From the NCBI GenBank assembly GCA_965200965.1, contig OZ241744.1, positions 576,001-640,000 of the forward strand: a stretch of 64,000 nt of DNA, written 5' to 3'. Made by a program: the position numbers and the translations under genes. The notes under the pieces were generated by a model that saw nothing but the letters and a program-made list of their open reading frames with translations, did not search any database and had not been told where the DNA came from. Numbering within the stretch: position 1 is the first letter of the stretch; the number at the start of each line of letters is the position of its first letter. Positions 60,392 to 64,000 of this stretch are shown here, one piece after another. Source of the stretch: an uncultured Candidatus Binatia bacterium (GTDB taxonomy: Bacteria; Desulfobacterota; Binatia; Bin18).

Positions 60392-61975
60392 CTAGAGTGG
60401 ATAACGCTCCCGCAGCAGGGCCGCGGCTTTGACCACCGCGGCGAGCTTGTGCTCGGCCTGCTGGGCCGAAACAATTGGGTTATCGGCAAAGGTGGCAAAG
60501 CCGCAGTCCGGGTTGAGCAGCACCCGCTGCGGCCCAAACAGGGCGACGGCGCGCTCGGCCCTGGCCAGGACCTCTTTGACGCTTTCCGCTCCCTGGCGCT
60601 TCTGGTTGACCACGCCGACGCCAATGCGCGCCTCGGCCGGCAGCGCGGTGAGGATGTCCATATCGCCGGCCCGGGGCGTACACATTTCGAGGAAAAACGT
60701 GCCCACCGGCAGCTTTTGCAACAGCGGGATGAGCGGGCCGTAGTCACCGGCCAGGGCCACGCTCTCGTCCGGGGTCCAGTTGCCGCGACAGATATGCAGG
60801 GCTAGGCGTTCCCGCGGCAGACCAGCGATAACCTGCTGAATGAGCGACTCGGCAAAAGCCAGTTCGGCCACGGGATCGCGTTTTTCTCCCAGAGCGCCAC
60901 ACATAAAGCTGCGGTTATTGATCGTGCCGATGAAGACGACCTCGGTCAGGACCGGCTCATCAAGCTGGACCAGGGCCACGCCGGCGGCCAGCAGCGCGTG
61001 GATTTCCTCGCGCAGGACCCGAACAATGTCGGTGGCCAAGTCTTCGCGCGTGTCGTAGGCCCGGTCTGCAATGCACTCCATCCACATGGTGCGGGTCAGC
61101 AGGTAGGGGCCGGGCAGGGCGATCTTGATGGGTGCCGGGGTCAGGCTGCGCAAAAAATCGGCCTCGTGAACGCTCAGCGAGCGGCTGCGCCCCAGGGGAC
61201 CGAACACCGCGGGATGACGGACCTTGGCGGCCGGCACGTCAAGGGCGCGCAGCTCCCGCTCAAACTCGTCTGGAGCATCGACATAGGGCAGGAGGTCGGT
61301 AATGGGGATGAGCTGACAGTTGTCGAGCAAGCCGCCGACAAAGCTGGCGTAGTTGTCGCGGTGCTGCTCGCCGTCGGTCAGGACCTGGACCCCGGCCCGC
61401 TGCTGGGCGGCCACCGCCAGCCGCACCGCGTCTTCCGCGGTGTGGGCAAACTCTTCGTCCGACATCCGGCCTTCGAGATGGTCGCTGAGCGCCCGCAGCA
61501 ACCAGGCTGGACGCGGCCAACTGCCGATGTTCATGACCGACAGGGGAGGGATGGCCGGGGCCGGCCCGGGGGCCGGCAGTTCGGCAGGAATAACCACCGC
61601 TTTGATCGGCTGGGTGATTGGGGCCGCTTGTCTGTCGGCCTGGAGCCCTCGCGCCTTTTTCCTGGGTTTCTTACTGGATTGCTTGGTGACCTCCGCGGCC
61701 GGCCGGTGCTCGGCCGGCGTGTGATAGGGGCCTTTGGAGACCAGAAAGCTGTTCTGCTGGCCACGCCGTATATGGGAAACCAGCTCATTCCTGGTCAGCC
61801 GGCACCAAGCCGGCAGGTCTTCGACAACAGAGGATTCGGTGGACAGGATTTCGAGCAGTTGGCCCGGAATCAGCGGGTCAATATGCTTGCGGATCAGCAG
61901 CAGCAGGCCACTCCCGCAGTCGAGGTCGCCGCCGTCAAAGCTGGTGTGTGCTTGGTGGGGGTGCTGCGCGTCCAT
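60392..61975 (-). CDS. Fusion of a TusA/SirA-like sulfur-carrier domain and a single-barrel cobalamin-independent methionine synthase (MetE C-terminal-like) domain
   Basis: N-terminal FDGGDLDCGSGLL...GQLLEILSTE...DLPAWCRLT. C-terminal IGSWPRP, TDGEQHR, PGPYLL, VQLDEP and Zn ligands HICRGN, LE, NPDCGF. Confidence 0.85.
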   Translation of the reverse strand: MDAQHPHQAHTSFDGGDLDCGSGLLLLIRKHIDPLIPGQLLEILSTESSVVEDLPAWCRLTRNELVSHIRRGQQNSFLVSKGPYHTPAEHRPAAEVTKQSSKKPRKKARGLQADRQAAPITQPIKAVVIPAELPAPGPAPAIPPLSVMNIGSWPRPAWLLRALSDHLEGRMSDEEFAHTAEDAVRLAVAAQQRAGVQVLTDGEQHRDNYASFVGGLLDNCQLIPITDLLPYVDAPDEFERELRALDVPAAKVRHPAVFGPLGRSRSLSVHEADFLRSLTPAPIKIALPGPYLLTRTMWMECIADRAYDTREDLATDIVRVLREEIHALLAAGVALVQLDEPVLTEVVFIGTINNRSFMCGALGEKRDPVAELAFAESLIQQVIAGLPRERLALHICRGNWTPDESVALAGDYGPLIPLLQKLPVGTFFLEMCTPRAGDMDILTALPAEARIGVGVVNQKRQGAESVKEVLARAERAVALFGPQRVLLNPDCGFATFADNPIVSAQQAEHKLAAVVKAAALLRERYPL

Positions 61976-62019
61976 TGCGACGACTCCCTTGAATTATGTG
62001 GGACCTCATCCGGAAGAAT

Positions 62020-62049
62020 GTCGAGCTACGCTCCGCTAACCCGAGCTAC
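62020..62049 (-). repeat. GTAG-type REP element
   Basis: Minus strand reads GTAGCTCGGGTTAGCGGAGCGTAGCTCGAC, a degenerate GTAG-plus-hairpin; intergenic. Confidence 0.6.
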
Positions 62050-62066
62050 GTCTGGCTTGCGGCGAG

Positions 62067-62429
62067 TTAGTACGATACGCACGGCGTGCCGTCGGCCAGA
62101 TACTCAATCAGCTTGGCCCCGCCGACGATGGTCGCTCCGGTGATAAGATTGTTCTCGTCCAGGCCGCGTCGCTTGAAGCACGGCGAGCACACATAGATCG
62201 TGCCGCCGGCCTCGGCATAGTTGCGCATCAACTCGGCGAGGGGCAGGAAGCCGTCTTCGCGGATGTCATCGGCATAGCCCTTGACGGCCAGGCGCACCCC
62301 TTCGGTGCTCAGAAACACCAGGGTTTCCTGCTCGGAGCCGACCGAGGCGTTGGCGATCACAAAGGCCACCGTGGCTTTGTCCGGGTTGTCTTTGGCGTGG
62401 GTCAGGGAAACACAGAATTTGCCTGGCAT
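62067..62429 (-). CDS. DsrE/DsrF-like family protein
   Basis: FCVSLTHAKDNPDKATVAFVIA, VFLSTEGVRLA, GGTIYVCSPCFKRRGL; AAGGAGG RBS. Confidence 0.88.
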   Translation of the reverse strand: MPGKFCVSLTHAKDNPDKATVAFVIANASVGSEQETLVFLSTEGVRLAVKGYADDIREDGFLPLAELMRNYAEAGGTIYVCSPCFKRRGLDENNLITGATIVGGAKLIEYLADGTPCVSY

Positions 62430-62503
62430 GAGTGTCCTCCTTATGCGGGGTGTAGGGCGCATCATAGCCAGCCGGGCGGAGCCCTGCAATGTGGGGCTTG
62501 CCC

Positions 62504-62533
62504 TTGCCCGACCCGGCCTTCTCCCGCTATACT
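62504..62533 (+). promoter_or_regulatory. Sigma70-like promoter of metY
   Basis: TTGCCC-18-TATACT; shares CTCCCGCTATACT with the ndk promoter. Confidence 0.5.
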
Positions 62534-62557
62534 CCGCTCAGCTTTTGGGCTTCAGAT

Positions 62558-62593
62558 CACATGGGAGAACAGCGCCACACGGGAGAACAGCGC
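62558..62593 (+). repeat. 18-nt tandem duplication containing the metY RBS
   Basis: CACATGGGAGAACAGCGC / CACACGGGAGAACAGCGC directly before the ATG. Confidence 0.8.
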
Positions 62594-63886
62594 ATGAGTG
62601 CCACACGCGATCACCAATACGGATTCAGCACCCGTCAACTGCACGCCGGCCAGGGGCCCGAGCCCACCACCGGCAGCCGGGCGGTACCCATCTACCACAC
62701 CACGAGCTATCAGTTCAAAAACACCCGGCACGCAGCCGACCTGTTTGCCCTCAAAGAGCCGGGCAATATCTACACCCGCATCATGAATCCGACCAACGAT
62801 GTCCTGGAGCAACGCTTGACCTCGCTCGAAGGCGGGGCCGGTGCCTTAGTCACCAGCAGCGGGCACGCCGCCCAGATGATGGCCATCATGGCCCTGTGCG
62901 GCCAGGGCGACCATATTGTGAGCAGCAGTCGCCTCTACGGCGGGACGTATAACCAGTTCGCCCATACCTTTCCGCGCATGGGGATTACCACGACCTTTGT
63001 CGATCCGACCAGACCCGGGGAGTTTGCCGCCGCGGCGCAGCCCAACACCAAGATTCTCTACGGCGAAACCCTGGGCAACCCGGACATTACCGTCTTTCCG
63101 TTTGATGAGGTGGCCGAGGTGTCGCGCGCCTTGCATATCCCGGTTATGATCGACAATACCTTTGCCACGCCCTACCTGTGCCGGCCGTTTGAGTGGGGGG
63201 CGCATATCGTCACCCACAGCACGACCAAGTTTCTGAGTGGCCACGGCACGGCTATTGGCGGGGCGATTGTTGACGGCGGCAATTTTGACTGGCGCAGCGG
63301 ACGCTTCGCCAATTTTACCGAGCCGGACCCGTCCTATCACGGTCTGGTGTACGCCGAGCTGGGTCCCCCGGCCATGATTCTCAAGTCCCGGGTCCAGATT
63401 CTGCGCGATGTGGGCGGCTGCCAGGCCCCGTTCGATACCTTTACTACGCTGCTCGGGGTTGAGACGCTGAGTCTGCGTATGCAGCGCCATGTAGACAATG
63501 CCCAGCGAGTGGCCGAGTTTCTCGACGCCCATCCCGGGGTCAGCTCGGTCGCCTTTCCCGGCTTGGCCCATCATCCAGATCATGCCAAAGCCAAAAAATA
63601 TCTGCCCAGAGGTGCTGGCTCGATCCTGGGCTTTCGAATAAAGGGCGGGCGTGAAGCCGGCGAGACCTTCATCAACAGCCTCACACTCCACAGCCATGTG
63701 GCCAATGTCGGGGACGCCAAGAGCTTGGCCATTCACCCGGCCAGCACGACCCACAGCCAACTCAACGAAGCCGAGTTGCTGAGCGCCGGGGTCTCGCCCG
63801 ATTTCGTCCGGCTGAGTGTTGGCATAGAAGACCTTGATGACATTGTGTGGGACCTTGACCAAGCGCTCGCCGCGGCCACCCGCTAA
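62594..63886 (+). CDS. metY: O-acetylhomoserine aminocarboxypropyltransferase (sulfhydrylase)
   Basis: TRQLHAGQ, AVPIYHTTSY, GNIYTRIMNPT, LYGGT, DNTFATP, HSTTKF, ANVGDAKSL.IHPASTTHSQL. Confidence 0.95.
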   Translation: MSATRDHQYGFSTRQLHAGQGPEPTTGSRAVPIYHTTSYQFKNTRHAADLFALKEPGNIYTRIMNPTNDVLEQRLTSLEGGAGALVTSSGHAAQMMAIMALCGQGDHIVSSSRLYGGTYNQFAHTFPRMGITTTFVDPTRPGEFAAAAQPNTKILYGETLGNPDITVFPFDEVAEVSRALHIPVMIDNTFATPYLCRPFEWGAHIVTHSTTKFLSGHGTAIGGAIVDGGNFDWRSGRFANFTEPDPSYHGLVYAELGPPAMILKSRVQILRDVGGCQAPFDTFTTLLGVETLSLRMQRHVDNAQRVAEFLDAHPGVSSVAFPGLAHHPDHAKAKKYLPRGAGSILGFRIKGGREAGETFINSLTLHSHVANVGDAKSLAIHPASTTHSQLNEAELLSAGVSPDFVRLSVGIEDLDDIVWDLDQALAAATR

Positions 63887-63938
63887 GCTGTCCCGCGTAC
63901 TTCTTCTGCCTCGCCTGTACCTGAGACCGGGACGACCC

Positions 63939-64000
63939 ATGAGCAGCACCGGCTCCGTCGGCATGGTTCAGCCGCAAGAACTCACCTTTGCCCAGCAGCA
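63939..64000 (+). CDS. metX: Probable start of homoserine O-acetyltransferase (partial)
   Basis: MSSTGSVGMVQPQELTFAQQ resembles MetX N-termini and follows metY; only 20 codons are visible. Confidence 0.55.
   Translation, partial: MSSTGSVGMVQPQELTFAQQ

Noticed and set aside
60998-63964. Long opposite-strand ORFs (381 aa at 60998-62143, 372 aa at 62846-63964) and many similar ones across the window
   Set aside because: Antisense shadows of well-supported genes in a high-GC genome.

Overview
GC-rich bacterial chromosomal window. Gene content and order look like a Deltaproteobacteria/Binatia-type Gram-negative organism; this is an inference, not a database result. The left ~19 kb is accessory or catabolic. 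It holds a partial mutM, a VOC gene, an AT-richer DUF262 + HEPN putative defence pair whose HEPN gene has an in-frame amber stop, and a TetR-led operon (two family III CoA-transferases, an amidohydrolase, VOC, hydantoinase B) interrupted by an AT-richer insert. It also holds a repeat-spacer-repeat unit, a DUF1640-like coiled-coil gene, degQ, a HEAT-repeat protein, an orphan wHTH protein, DUF711 and an amidohydrolase. The centre is core housekeeping: tRNA-Phe, gshB/rsmE/prmA/M16 peptidase, tRNA-Leu, gap-tpiA-secG (no pgk), tol-pal, ribF, rluD, rho, rpsB-tsf-pyrH-frr-uppS-cdsA-rseP (no dxr), tsaB, sucCD, a TPR gene, ndk, a frameshifted rlmN, mtnP, nucleotide-sugar genes, lepA-lepB and gspE. The right end has a decayed tnpB-only element. 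It also has a four-gene cluster (DsrE, TusA fused to a single-barrel MetE-like domain, a Moco-oxidoreductase-like protein, NUDIX) transcribed divergently from metY-metX. That cluster is my best candidate for an uncharacterised system (sulfur relay coupled to Zn-dependent thiol alkylation), followed by the DUF262-HEPN pair.
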